Source of the DNA: the human T2T-CHM13v2.0 reference genome, Homo sapiens
Reading direction: 5' to 3' (one strand)
Length of the DNA: 64,000 nucleotides
NCBI RefSeq assembly: GCF_009914755.1
Contig: NC_060934.1
Position 1 is the first letter of the stretch. Every line of letters begins with the position of its first letter. A program made the translations under genes and the position numbers. Below the pieces are notes generated by a model. It did not search any database. It worked only from the letters and a program-made list of their open reading frames with translations, and was not told the origin of the DNA. Shown here in pieces: positions 26,421 to 39,479 of this stretch.

Positions 26421-27696
26421 CAGCCAGGTAAGGTCACTGCTCTGAACCCTGCTCAGTGTCCACTCCATTCGACCCAAGTGTCAACTCGTGTTAAATATTA
26501 GGAAGCTTCACTCCTTTGCTTTTTGACTTAAAAATTAGAAACAGAAGTTCTAATAATTTTCTTTGACACACCAAGGAATCAATTGTGTAACCCACTTTGG
26601 AAATCACTGCTCTAAATAATTTATTCGGGAAAATACTTTTGATGCCATGAAGAGAGAAAAATGCTCAGGCAAAAAGAGATGACATGAGAGACTTGAGTAA
26701 CAGAGTCCAGTGGGGGCTTGGAAAGGGATGCTGTCCCTGCTCCCAGGGCCAAGGCCAGCCCCGGGGATTGCGGGGGGAAGAATCCCCAGGTCAGTCTTGG
26801 GCGGCTCTGAGAAATTGTCTTCAGTTTCATTTTGCACTGTGATGCCAACAAGCCCAGTGTTCTCAGGCATCCAGGAAGGTAGACATAAGGGGCCTCCCAG
26901 AACCCCACCCACACTCCCCAGTGTGGCCTGTGGAGCTGCCTGGTGACCTGAGAGTCAGGGACAGGCCAATAGTAGGTGAATATGAGAAGCACACAGTCAT
27001 AAGCTCCAATGGCTCACAATGCGGAAATGTGGATGACTTGGCAAACACAGCAAGAGAGACAACAGCAAGTCCAGAAGGAACAGTGTATGGCTCAGAAGAG
27101 GCGCGACAGTGATGACAATGAACCAGGGCAGTCCCCACCAGCACTGTCCACCCGCACCATTATTCTCACTGCCAAATCAGAGAGGCTCCTCCAGGAGAAG
27201 GGGACAGGGGAAACACAGCATGGCCGTGGCTGCATTCTCTGCCCCCACACAGAAGGGGAAGTGCAAAATGAAAATTAAGTTCCGCTGCAGTCAAAAAAGG
27301 CTGTGTTGTTTCCACTTCTGAATTTGTGGTTTGAGGTAAGTACCCACCACATGCATTGGTACCTTGTTACCCACACAGAGCTGTGCAAGGATACACTCCA
27401 AGCTGTGAACACGGAGCCTGGGACTGGAGGTGGTGTGGGGTGGGGAGAATACTGCTTTACACATCTTTGAACTGTTTTTCTTATTATAATGGCCATGGAT
27501 AACTTTCGTATCTCAGATAAAATATAATTTAAAAATATGTATGTAGAGCACGTATGAGCAAGGCAGCCAGTTTTGGGAATGAAGCTATGGCTACAGATTC
27601 CCCTAGAAGACCCAGTCATTGTCCCAGGGGCACTGTGGTCACCACAGACCCACAAGTGCACGTCCATGGAGAGTGTCGTGACTCTGCAGGATGCTG

Positions 27697-28912
27697 TGCC
27701 AGAGAAAGGCACACAAGAAGCAGCACCTGATGCTTCAGTCAACTTCACAGAATTTTCTAAAAAATGCTTCGTAAAGAAGACCACCAAATCTGCTGAGAAG
27801 AGAGGATGCTGAAGAAGTGGCAAAAGCATAAAGCCACGCTATGAAAGCCTTATTTCCTTCTGAAGGGGAAAGAAAGAGGGTCAGACGTCCCAATACACTC
27901 AATAGCCTCCTTCGACCTTGTTCTTATTTTGTTCGGTCTATCCCCAGAAATCAAAGGAGAGCATCTTGGATATGTTGCAAAAGAATTAGGAGAATGTTGA
28001 ATAACACTGCAGGTGATAAGCAACCTTACAATAAGCCTACCAAGCTGAGGAAATTTTTGAAAATGGTATTGCTTTGCCAGGTTAAAGCCTACCATAGGAG
28101 AAAAAGAAGTTGTCCTAAAAGCAATGTGGTATCTTAGACTAGAACTGAGAGCAGAAAAGGGACATTAGTAGAAAAACTAGTGAAATTCAAATAAAGTCTT
28201 GGGTTTAAATAGTAATGTACCATTGTCAGTGTCTTCGTTTTGACAAATGTACCATGGCAATGTAGGATTTGATTAGATGAGATAATCAACATCAAGGGAA
28301 ACTGAGTAAGGGGATAGATAAGAACTCTCTGTCCATTGTTTAATCATCTAAAATTATTCCAAGTGAAAAGTTTATTTTTAAAAAACAGAGATACTTGCCA
28401 AGGATAAAACATCTAGTCCAAGGAAGAGGAAGATGAGGATGAAGTGGTTGAGGATGGAGTTGAGGAATTAGGTAGTCCTTTTGGGAAGCTGCATTGTCAC
28501 CTGGAGTGACAATTTCCCAACTTAGAAGATGTTCTCTTCTCTGAAGGAATTAACTGCCCTACACACATCTCACTTGGTTTTTTAAAAATTGAAATAATAA
28601 GGATGTGTAGATAATTTTTGTATAGTAAGCCTAGTATTAAGATTAAAACATTATGAACCTATCTTTTAGAGGTATTTGCAATAGACACTGACTTTGTATC
28701 TTACAGTATGGGGCTGTAAATTGACACAGAAATTTAAAGCAGGTCACATATAACACAAACTATATTTGGAGTAGTAGTTTTGTTTTTGATGCAACTTGTA
28801 TTAACTCTTCTATGAACTTAATACCAGCTTATAATTGCAAGAAAAAAGATCCTGTTTTTTTGACATTCTGAATGCTTCTAAGTATATACAGTATTTTCAA
28901 ATTTTAATAAAA
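27697..28912 (+). pseudogene. HMGB1 processed pseudogene (5'-truncated, degraded, split by an L1 insertion)
   Basis: PDASVNFTEFSKKC (HMGB1 PDASVNFSEFSKKC); gcctccttcg, aaatcaaaggagagcatc and aataacactgc match the HMGB1 CDS with no introns; acidic-tail remnant at 28421-28466; HMGB1-like 3' UTR (acagtatggggctgtaaattg, aaatttaaagcagg, tgacattctgaatgcttctaagta). Confidence 0.9.
28114..28386 (+). mobile_element. L1MC-like 3' end inserted in the HMGB1 pseudogene
   Basis: aatgtggtatc...cagaaaagggacattag...tgacaaatgtaccat...gggaaactg...aactctctgt...aaaagtttatt plus an A tail. Confidence 0.8.
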
Positions 28913-29210
28913 ACATGTGCTTTAAGGAAAAAATAAATATATGTAAACTGCTTCCAAAAATCTTGACCATTCTGAAAGGTAATACGATATTTCATTGTTG
29001 TCTGAATTGATGTTTTTATTATTAAGTATTAACTTTATAATCAGGAACATGAACAGAAAAATACACTTTAAGCCCACACAGGAATACACAAACTGGAGAG
29101 GAGAGAAACCGTCTGGACATGATGCTTAAATTTGGGTGGAGAGGACAAAGGAAGCACTTTCTATGGGAACAGAAGACGTGCTTCTCCCAGGAGGGTACTC
29201 TGACAGGTGT

Positions 29211-29230
29211 GGGGTGCGGGAGGGGAAGGG
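29211..29230 (+). other. Predicted G-quadruplex motif
   Basis: GGGG-TGC-GGG-A-GGGG-AA-GGG. Confidence 0.45.
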
Positions 29231-29339
29231 CAGCAGATAGCCTTTTGTACCAGGGTGTTGTATTGGTTTTTACATTTTTATAACAACAATAACTGTTATT
29301 AAAATAATAATAATTGCAAAATTTTCAAAAAAGTTTTAG

Positions 29340-29730
29340 TTGAAAATTCCTTTTTATTCCCCAATCTCATTTCCCAGAAGTAACCACTGGTAACTGCATA
29401 TTTTTGGGCATCCTTCCAGACCCTTTCTATGCATATATAAGAATATAACTTTAACAGAAATAAATCATATTGTACATAATATTGTATAATTTGCTTCTTT
29501 TTGTCATAAAACAATACATCATGAACATTTTCTCACTCTTTGTGTATGTAGACCTAATCCATTCTTTTGGGAAGTGGTATTGCATTTCTTTTTATGGATA
29601 AATATTCAATTATTTATCCAAACACCTATTGATTTTCATTTACAGTGTTTCCAGGTTTTTGCTATTATGGATGGTGCTGCCACATTGTTTGTGCTCTGAT
29701 GAGCACAATCTTTACATCAAACCTTCTAGG
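29340..29730 (-). mobile_element. L1ME-like fragment
   Basis: cccagaagtaaccactggtaac...catccttccagacc...ttccaggtttttgctattatg. Confidence 0.6.
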
Positions 29731-29942
29731 CTTCCATCCTGGCATCTCCAAAGACTAACTATAATTTTGAACACATTATTTAACCTCCCTGAAACTCAGT
29801 GAATAATCACTGAGAGATAATGTCTACTTTATAGATATATTGCCGGGATTAAATGCACTTATATTAATGACTAAAATAAAATTAGCAAAAATGTCTAGTT
29901 GTTCCCCTGATATCTATGTGTTTCTTGTGTGTGTGTCTATAG

Positions 29943-30143
29943 GGAGAGAGACAGAGAAAAGAGAGATACATATAAAAAGAGAGAGAGAGAACTATAGGGA
30001 TGGATGGATGGATGGATGGATGGATGGATGGATGCATGGATGGATAGTTGGATGGATGGGTGAGTAGATGGATGGATAGATGGGTGACTGGATGATAAAT
30101 GGATGGGTAGATAGATAAATAGATAGATAACAGAGAGAGAGAG
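29943..30143. repeat. Compound (GA)n/(GGAT)n/(GATA)n simple repeat
   Basis: Long ggatggat run degrading into gatagata, flanked by gaga runs. Confidence 0.95.
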
Positions 30144-31774
30144 ATACCTGGTAGGTAACAAAGCCTAGCATCAAGGCTAGGAATTTTATAAATTAATGAT
30201 CTTAAATGAACTTAAATTCCTTCCTTTTACTTTCATGGAAATAGGGAGCAGACAAAACACAGTGGCAATGGGAGGTTTACATTCAACTAAAGTATATGCC
30301 TGAAGAGCCATTAAGCCCACAGCAGTGCACCTGGAGTGACAATTTGCCAACTTAGAAGCAGTGGAGGAAATGCCGCTATTCTGGAGCTAAAGAGACATGG
30401 TTCCGGAAATGGAGTGGCAAGAACATTGAGAGAAAGTGGTCCTGTCATTTTAATAGCACGTGCTAGCCAGAGAGGGTACAGCTCAGTGTAATCACAAATG
30501 TATCCCAGACTCTAGCCAAAGAGACTGTGAAATGTCCAAAGAAAAGCAAGATGTAACTCCATGTCCTAAGACTTTTAAAAATGATACAGCTACAGATAAG
30601 GGAGGCTCTGAGAATCCAAGCCTGACCAGACTGTGATCAATGGTCTTGTCAAGGAGCAGAGGGGGAGAACATCTCAAAAGGCCTGTAAGATAACAAAATA
30701 TTTAAAAGCAGAAGCACATCCTTGCAGTCACCTTTGATTTGTCCTCTAATTTTAATCAGTTCGCAAATCCAGCAAACATTATGCCCCGTACAAACTTCCT
30801 GCCAGAGTGATCTTCCTACACCCCGCTTGGCACACCAAGCCCCTTCATCCTCTGTGGCTCCCAGAACAAAGGCTACAGTCCTGGTACAGCTTCAGAGTCC
30901 TCTCAAATCAGGTTCCAGCCGGATATGCACCACTCCTCTCCAAATGCCCTGTGCTCTGACAGCACTGTCACTGATCATTCAAGAGTCTCCTTCCAGGAGT
31001 AATACTGTACCATCATCTGACTTGAACCCTGGGCCTGGAGTATATGTGGGAGACGTCTGGAGTTAGGAGCCTGTCTGGCATCCCCATTCCATTGGGAAAT
31101 GGCCCCTGCAGGACTCCATCTGGCTCTGGTTAGATACCACTCACTAGATCCCACTCCTATCCCCGGTCATTGGATGTTTCTATCCTCTTGTTCACAGTGA
31201 CCAGCCCACAGGATGGAAACATCTCAAGCAAGACCAAACCAGGTCACTGTCTTCCTTGGGCTGGGGCTGGCAGTTACCATCCTGCCTACCATGAGAACCA
31301 GACTCTGGGCTCCAGGAGGGCAAGGGATTTTTGTCTGGCATATAGTACATGCATGTTTGTTGAATTAATAATTGAATGTGATGGGATGGAATCAGAGCAA
31401 ATAAAAGGACAAGCAGCACCAGTGTGCAGAGGGAGTTCTAAGCATGCACCCTCAGACCTCCCCATTAAGTGTGCTCACATGTTATATTTCTGTATTTCTG
31501 CTTATACTAGCTTTAGCTGGGCCTGGAGTATAGGTGGGAGACGTTTAATTGGGGTTTCTTTCACATACAACCAAAACACACTTCCCTACTCATGATCAAA
31601 AAGCTCAAATCTCTCCAGGTTCATTTCATATGCTGGTTCTCCCATGCAGTCTTCCCAGATGCTCCCAGGTCAAGCCACCCTCTATGCCTTATGAAGTTTC
31701 ATTGCACATTATCTCAAACTTCTAGTAACATGTCTTATTTTCTACCTTTATCTAAGGCAATTTATGTACACAAC

Positions 31775-32144
31775 TGCAGCAGACATTGCTGGTGCCCACC
31801 CAGACACACCCCAGGATCCCTTTCGCTGGCCCTGCCCCAGGGCCCGCAGGTGCTGGCTAAAGGCTCACGTTCACAACCTTCCCTGGAGTAATCAAAGCCC
31901 AGAGGTGCCCACAGGGCCCTGTTGCCACCCCATGGCCAATGCTGCTGGAGAACAAAAGCCCATAGGACACTCTGCAGCATCACCTGTGTTCCTGGGGGTG
32001 AGGCCGACGCCTTGCCTGAGTAGGTCCATACCATCCTCCATCCCATCTCCCTAACTCCTTTATGAGCATCTCCCTTTCTCAATAAATAAAGTGCTCACAA
32101 ATCTCCATGTCAGGCCCTGCTTCTAAGGAACACTATCCGAAGCA
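31775..32144 (+). mobile_element. ERVL LTR16-like LTR
   Basis: tgcagcagacattgctggtgcccacccaga...ctcaataaataaagtgctcacaaatctccatgtcaggccctgcttctaaggaac. Confidence 0.7.
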
Positions 32145-32869
32145 CTAAACATTCCATCTTCCCAAACAAACCTTTCAAAAACAAGACTTATGTCGATTCT
32201 CCTTTCTGTCTCTTATAGCACAGTGCCTACATGGGAATGGCATCCTCTAAGAAACAAACAGGAAGGAAATGCAAGAATAAAGACACAACAGAGCAATTGA
32301 ACAGAGTTAATAATTTTCAGTAAACAAAGAGGGGCACATGTTACGACATCAACCTGAAAACAGCATGAGGAAGCAAACTCCTAGAACAGGCTAAATCTTC
32401 AAAACAATTCATAGAACAACCAAAAATAGCCTGGTTTTGTTTGTTTTGCTTTTAAGATCCATCCAGAGGAAAAGCTAGACATGAAAAAATTAGCAATGCC
32501 ATGTTTTAGAAATTATTCTTTTATTAATCCTCTTCAGTGTTTCCCAAACTCCTCAACTCATCTGTGATGAAACAGGCACTTTGATATCAATTGCAATATT
32601 ACTGCAATGCCTTCAGGTTTAAGTGTGGGATCTGCAACAAACCCATTTTTTAAGGAGATTTTTTGTGTTTGTGTTTTTTTTTCTTCAAGGCTTGGCTCAC
32701 TCCCCAAAGAAAGCCTTCTGCCACAAGAGGAAAAGAGAGAAAAAATAAAGAAAAAGAAACAAAACAGGGCCTTGCAAATTGAACAACATCTCTATTTCAT
32801 GGGTTCTCTCTGGTATGATCCCCCCCTCCAAACCAATGATCTAGGCTATTATCTTGGGAGAACTGTACA

Positions 32870-33619
32870 CAGTTGATCCTTTAATCACATGGGTTTAAAC
32901 TGCATGAATTCATTTACACTCAGATTTTCTTCTGCCTCTTCCACCCCTAGAGAGCAAGACCAGCCCCTCTTCTTCTTCCTCTTCCTCAGCTACTCAATGT
33001 GAAGACAACAAGGGTAAAAACATTTATGATGATTATTTCCACTTAATGAATAGTAACTATATTTTTTTCTTATAATTTTATCAATAGCATTTTCTTTTCT
33101 CTATTGTAAGAGTATAATACATAATATGTATAACAAACACAGTATGTGTTAATTTTTTATATTATCAGTAAGGTTTCTTATCAACAGTAACCTATTCATA
33201 GTTAAATTTTAGGGAAGTCAAAAGTTATATGTCTGCATAGTATTCCATGGTGGTACATATGCACCATGGAATACTATGCAGCCATAAAAAAGAATGAGAT
33301 CATGTCCTTTGCAGGGACATGGGTGGAGCTGGAGGCCATTATTCTTAGCAAACTGATGCAGGAACAGAAAACCAAATACTGCATGTTCTTACTTATAAGT
33401 GGGAGCTAAATAATGAGAACACATAGAAGGGAACAACACACACTGGGGCCTATTAGAGGGTGGAAGGTAGGGCAGGGAGAGGATCAGGAAAAATAACTAA
33501 TGGGTACTAGGCTTAATACCTGAGTGATGAAATAATCTGAACAACAAAAGTTATATGTAAATTTTTGACTATGTAGGGAGTCAGCACCCCTAACTTCAAC
33601 ATTGTTCAAAGGTCAACTG
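32870..33619 (+). mobile_element. Tigger2a (TcMar-Tigger), interrupted by L1PA
   Basis: TIRs cagttgatcc.../ttgttcaaaggtcaactg|ta; internal agcaagaccagcccctc...tactcaatgtgaagac...ccacttaatgaatagtaa. Confidence 0.9.
33233..33544 (+). mobile_element. L1PA fragment with fold-back 5' end, no poly(A), 14-bp TSD
   Basis: L1 ORF2 end and 3' UTR (caccatggaatactatgcagccataaaaaagaatgagatc...), flanked by caaaagttatatgt at 33219-33232 and 33545-33558. Confidence 0.9.
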
Positions 33620-34879
33620 TAATTGCTAGGATATTTTGTGAGAAGAAACTTCCAGACTATGTATAACTAAAAAAGCCTTCTCCACTTTGCAGAATCTGTG
33701 GACTCTATAATATTCCTGGCCTCCCAACATCACACTCAATTGCAAACCCCTCTCCGCTGCTTCAGCCTATGAGGCGTTAAGTGCTTAACCATTTCACAGT
33801 CTCTCTGTATAGGTAGTCTCTGATGTGCATGAAGGTACAGGCATAATTCCTCCCCAGAACAATTCATGCACACTTTCACAGAAACCCTCACACAGAAATA
33901 TCACACTGTCTGGTTTTAATATTCATCTTCTTCTTCTCTGCCCTGAGTTCCTAATTCTTAGTGTGGGACAATGTTTTCCTATTAAGCTTTTTCCCCTAAG
34001 CCTCATTACCTCTCTGTGGTAGAAAATCATTGCAGTTCTTTGGCTGTCTTAGCAGGAAAGGAAATTAATTTACAAAAGAGGGCAAAATAATCTCCAAATA
34101 ACAAATCCTTCTGAACTTGGAATTTGGCACTTCATAATCAAGTCAAATGAGAGGAGGGGAGTCTATTACTGTTTAACAATTTACAGGAGTGTCTGAAACT
34201 GCCTTGAAATTAACAAACATAAAATGGTGGAAAGAAGGGGAGCCAGTAGGAAGTTCTGGTCCCAGAAAACAACATCATGAAATGCCATTAATGAAGATAG
34301 TACCTGGATAGCACTCAGGACAGGAGGATGGCAATAGAGGATGTTCAATTAAATATGAAATCTAACAGAAAGAGGTTTACCATCACTTCTACTATAAATC
34401 AATGACTTCCAATTATTGTATCCAGCAAGCATGCCAAGTTACTCTAAACATTGTCTCTCTTTATCCTATGTCCTAACTATTTAATGGACTGAGAGTAACT
34501 GGCAGCAATAGGAAATCTTCAGAAATTAAGTCTACATGAAAGCCTAAGTCACAAATATAGGAAATACTAATGTTCCTTTTATCAGCACTCCAGGCAACCA
34601 AAAAAAGCCTTTATACTTTCTTTATTATAAAAGGAATCATTATAAAAGGGCCAAAGATAGATGGCCCTTGATATATGTAAGGAAGCTGCCACTAAATTTG
34701 ACAACATTACTGTATCATATGGTTCCTCATAAGCAGTGTACTCTAGCATAAGCATAAAATAGCAAAATCAGGCAATACTTGTCCTTATACAGCCTCCCAG
34801 GTCCTTCCGAACTGGCAGAACTGTGCTAAACCCCCAAAATACAGATCAAGGCAGTAAATTACACTAATAAGTGTTGAAG

Positions 34880-35035
34880 TAGTGTGAACTCAAACATTTA
34901 CTAATCTTGTGATCTAGAAGAAGTCACTTAATCCCTCCGAGCCATAGTTCAGTTCCCCACGGTGTTGTGAAATTTAAATGAGATCATGGATATAAAATGT
35001 CAAACCCACTGCAGACACTTGTTGAACTTGTGTTT
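34880..35035 (+). mobile_element. MIR SINE
   Basis: aagtcacttaatccctccgagcc...gttgtgaaatttaaatgagatcatg. Confidence 0.6.
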
Positions 35036-36869
35036 TTTCTCCTTTTCTAGTACATACTTTGAAATAGGTCTAAAGGATTGGAGTCTACAGGTACAAGTAT
35101 ACAAAAAATACAAAAATACAAAAAACATGCCATTGACTAAGACTCTTCCCAATGCTGGGTAGAGCAGGTGCAGCATGGAGTTATGAGAACCACCGGATTC
35201 CCCCTGGGTGACTCCCAGCTTCTGGGAATGAGATTCCAGGGCCTGAAGGAAAGACTCCATCTCCCTGTCCCTTGGATGGTGCAGGGAAGAACTTACTCAC
35301 TCAGTAGAAACTGAGACAAAGAAGCTTTTCTGCCCTTGCTCCAGAGTCCCAGCCCTTAAGGTCAGCATCAAGATGGCGAACCTGTAGCCATGATTAAACA
35401 ACATATGGAGACACCAAGAGGCCCCTCAGAACCTGCATCAGGATAGCCAGCCTCCAGCATGCGAGACAACTTATGGAAGTGCCAAGAACCTGGACGCAAT
35501 GGCCTCCTCTGGGAGTAAAATGGGTGGAATCAGTGGTAGAGGGTCCAGCTGGCCTCTGCCCGGTCCCCTACCTAGGAGGGTCTCTGTAGTCAAAGCAGAA
35601 ACAGCAGGACCTGAGAACATGAATTCAGCCTCATTAGGGGTACTATCCTATTCAAAGATGTAGGGCATGTTGAAGGGAAAGTGCTTCCAGGCCTCCAGCT
35701 GTGCCTGGGATAAGAAACAACTAGCAACTGACAGGGTTCAATGGGTCAGAAAGGTCTCTTTCGACAGAGCAAGTGGAGACTCCAGGCTGTCCTTTCTCCA
35801 TGATTCATTTAGTCATCAGACAGTCAGTCAGCACCTTTCCTGAGCTCCCTACAAGCCCACGCTTTGCCCCTGTCTGCCACAGTCACAGTGGACAGTGCAG
35901 CTGACCTATGCCCACAGTCCTAGAGTGGGACTCTTCCCCTTCTGACCCCTGAGGCTTCTCCAGCTCAGCCTCCACCAGAGGGGAGCTGGCCATTGTGCTC
36001 CCCTCAGCCCTTTCTCTTTCTCAATTTGATAAGGAAATTAGGATGTGACATTCACAGTAATTTCTCATGAGCTTGACCCACTCGAGTCACCTCCAGGCTC
36101 CCTGGCAAAATTGATTCGAGGCCCTCAAAGTGGATGGCCATAGTCCTGATGTGGTTACTCAGGGCATGCAATGTCCAAGCCCCTGGGCAGCCTCACTGGG
36201 CAGCCTCTTTCTTTCAGCACTCATTATACTCATATCTTGTTTTCCAAATATTTATTCTTATTTTAATTTTAACCCAAATCATTTCCTGAGTCAGACTGTA
36301 AGCCATGGTGTCAAACGGTTTGCACCTGCTGTGCAAGTCCTGCACTCCAGGTGTAAGTTCCTTACACCTGGGCACCTTGACCACTTGAATCTCTAATTGG
36401 CTGTGCCAACTCCCTTTCTCAACCCTTCCTATTCCAGCAAGCTTCTGCTAGCCCAACCTCCCCAGCACTCTCTTCTGGAAACTTATAAGCTGCCAATGCT
36501 CATTCCTTTCAAAGTTTATGAGGATATTTCCAACTTCAAAGAGGTGAGTTACATAAACGTCATATCTTTAAAAAGTTTAAAATAGATGCTCAGGATTTCT
36601 CTTTTCAAATGGGGCAGGTGGGGATTAAGTGCGGTTTTGACCACAAGGGACCATCTTGGCCTGGTTTGGGCTCATGCATGTGGTCTGATTACTCTAAGCT
36701 ACCCAAACATTCAGTGGTAGCACAAGGAAAGCCCCTTCACATCCCAGCACTTTGCAAACTCTAATCAAAAAAGCCTCATTGAGATTAATGGAAAATGCCC
36801 TTTCTCCCATTTAGGAGTGCAGAACAGAGTAGGCATGGGAAGCGTCAATTTGAAATGGATCCAGCAAGA

Positions 36870-37620
36870 ACCACTGGGCTCTTTAGTGCAAGCAACAGAA
36901 ATTGATTCTAATTAAAGTTGGGGAACTGTTGGAAGGAATCTGGCAACTCACAGAATCACTGTGTATCAGTTCGTTTTCAGGTTGCTATGAAGACAGGGTA
37001 ATTTATAAAGGAAAGAGGTTTAATTGACTCACAGTTCCACATGGCTGGGAAGGCCTCAGGAAACAATCATGGTGGAAGGGGAAGCAAACACATCCTTCTT
37101 CACATGGTGGCAGGAGAGAGAAGTGCTGAGCGAAGCAGGGAAAAGCCCCTTATAAAACCAACAGATCTCTTGAGAACTCACTCATTATCACGAGAACAGC
37201 ATGGAGGAACCGCCCCCATGATCTAATCACCTCCCACGAGGTCCCTCCCCCAACACGTGGGGATTACAATTCGGATTACAATTCAAGATGAGATTTGGGT
37301 AAGGACACAGAGCCAGACCATATCACACTGCCAAAGCTATAGGATGAAGCTGGGATGTGAGGCAGCTCCAGGGGTTTGGAGAACAAACTACAAAAATAAC
37401 TTTAGAGTAGAAATGGTGTGGCCAGAGTATCCTCCAGCCTCACACACCCCATGAATGATTTCCAGCCAGGTCTTTGGTCCTCAAATTTTTAGAGCCCCAC
37501 GAGAAAGCATTTAAGTGGCCAGGTTAGGTCTTGGTGTTCCCCCCGGTTGTATTAGGCAGTTAAGAAGGCATATCTGGCCCCTTTGGCTTCTGTAAATGGG
37601 ATAATCCCCCCAGACTACAC
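36870..37620 (-). mobile_element. Old MLT1 (J/K/L-like) LTR hosting THE1D
   Basis: ctctttagtgcaagcaacagaaa...gaaggaatctggcaactcacagaatc; resumes after the THE1 element. Confidence 0.45.
36962..37325 (-). mobile_element. THE1D-like solo LTR
   Basis: aaaggaaagaggtttaattgactcacagttccacatggctgggaaggcctcagg...ggacacagagccagaccatatca; 5-bp TSD cactg. Confidence 0.9.
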
Positions 37621-38474
37621 ATAAGGGCAAGATGGAACTCCCCAAAATGAAATCAGAGAGCAGTAGGAAGGAGGAAAGGATGAATATTCTCCCCGGTGAA
37701 AATGCAGAAAAGAGAGTCTTGACACCCTGAGCCCACCTGGTAGGGTTGCAGCCCATCTAGAACACCCTGAATCCCAGACAGGATTGGTACGGCAAGACTC
37801 CAAGCCTGCTCTGCAGGCCATGCTCTCCCTGCACCCATGCTGAAGGTCAGCAGCCACCCATTCCCAGGTAACTCTTCCCCTAAGCTTGGGAGAGGAGAGG
37901 TTAATGGAAAGCTAGGCTGGGGATGTCTATATGCCTGGTCTGGCTCCTCAGGGTGAACGTGACATGGAAAGGCAGCCTCTGCAAACCTGGCTGTCACCTA
38001 TCAAGGTGAGACAAGCTGCAAGTAAGGACCTTCCCCAAATTGAGCTACTTTTAACTAAAGCAAGAATGGAACACGTGAAACTCCCCCTAAGGGAGTCGGG
38101 AGATGTGCCAGCTACTCAGGGCCATGATGGCAAAACCCAGCAAGTGGACAACAAAGGCAAACCTCACAGGCCCAGGGCCAATAACCTCTAGAAACCCCTC
38201 TGACCCCTGCTGGGTCAGGTCAACCTGGGCCTCTCCTGGACCCCACATGCTCCTTTGTAAATATTACTGCAGTTTGAATTTTACTTCCATGAGTAACTTT
38301 TTTACTGATGACAGTCTCTCTCATGGCACCATAATCTCCTCAAAGATAGGAATGCCAGGGGTAAGTCACAAACTACCTGCCCCTCACCCACAGGTGCCCT
38401 GCTACACTGAACCCATATGAACACACTAAACAATACAATACCCATCTGTCACCTCAAGGCCCCTTGGTGACACC

Positions 38475-39351
<877 letters not shown>

Positions 39352-39479
39352 ACACTTCTCAATGACACTCCTGCCCTGTCCTGGCCAAACTGAACCCTCC
39401 TCTGGGAAACTTTGGCCCTCTCTGTGACCTGGCAAATAAAGGGAACAAGACGAGGTGCAGCAGGGTCTCCAGAGTGTTG

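Noticed and set aside
27573-28137. Functional HMG-box gene (e.g. HMGB4-like retrogene)
   Set aside because: It has multiple frameshifts, stops and deletions, lacks the N-terminus and carries an L1 insertion. The sequence follows HMGB1, not HMGB4.
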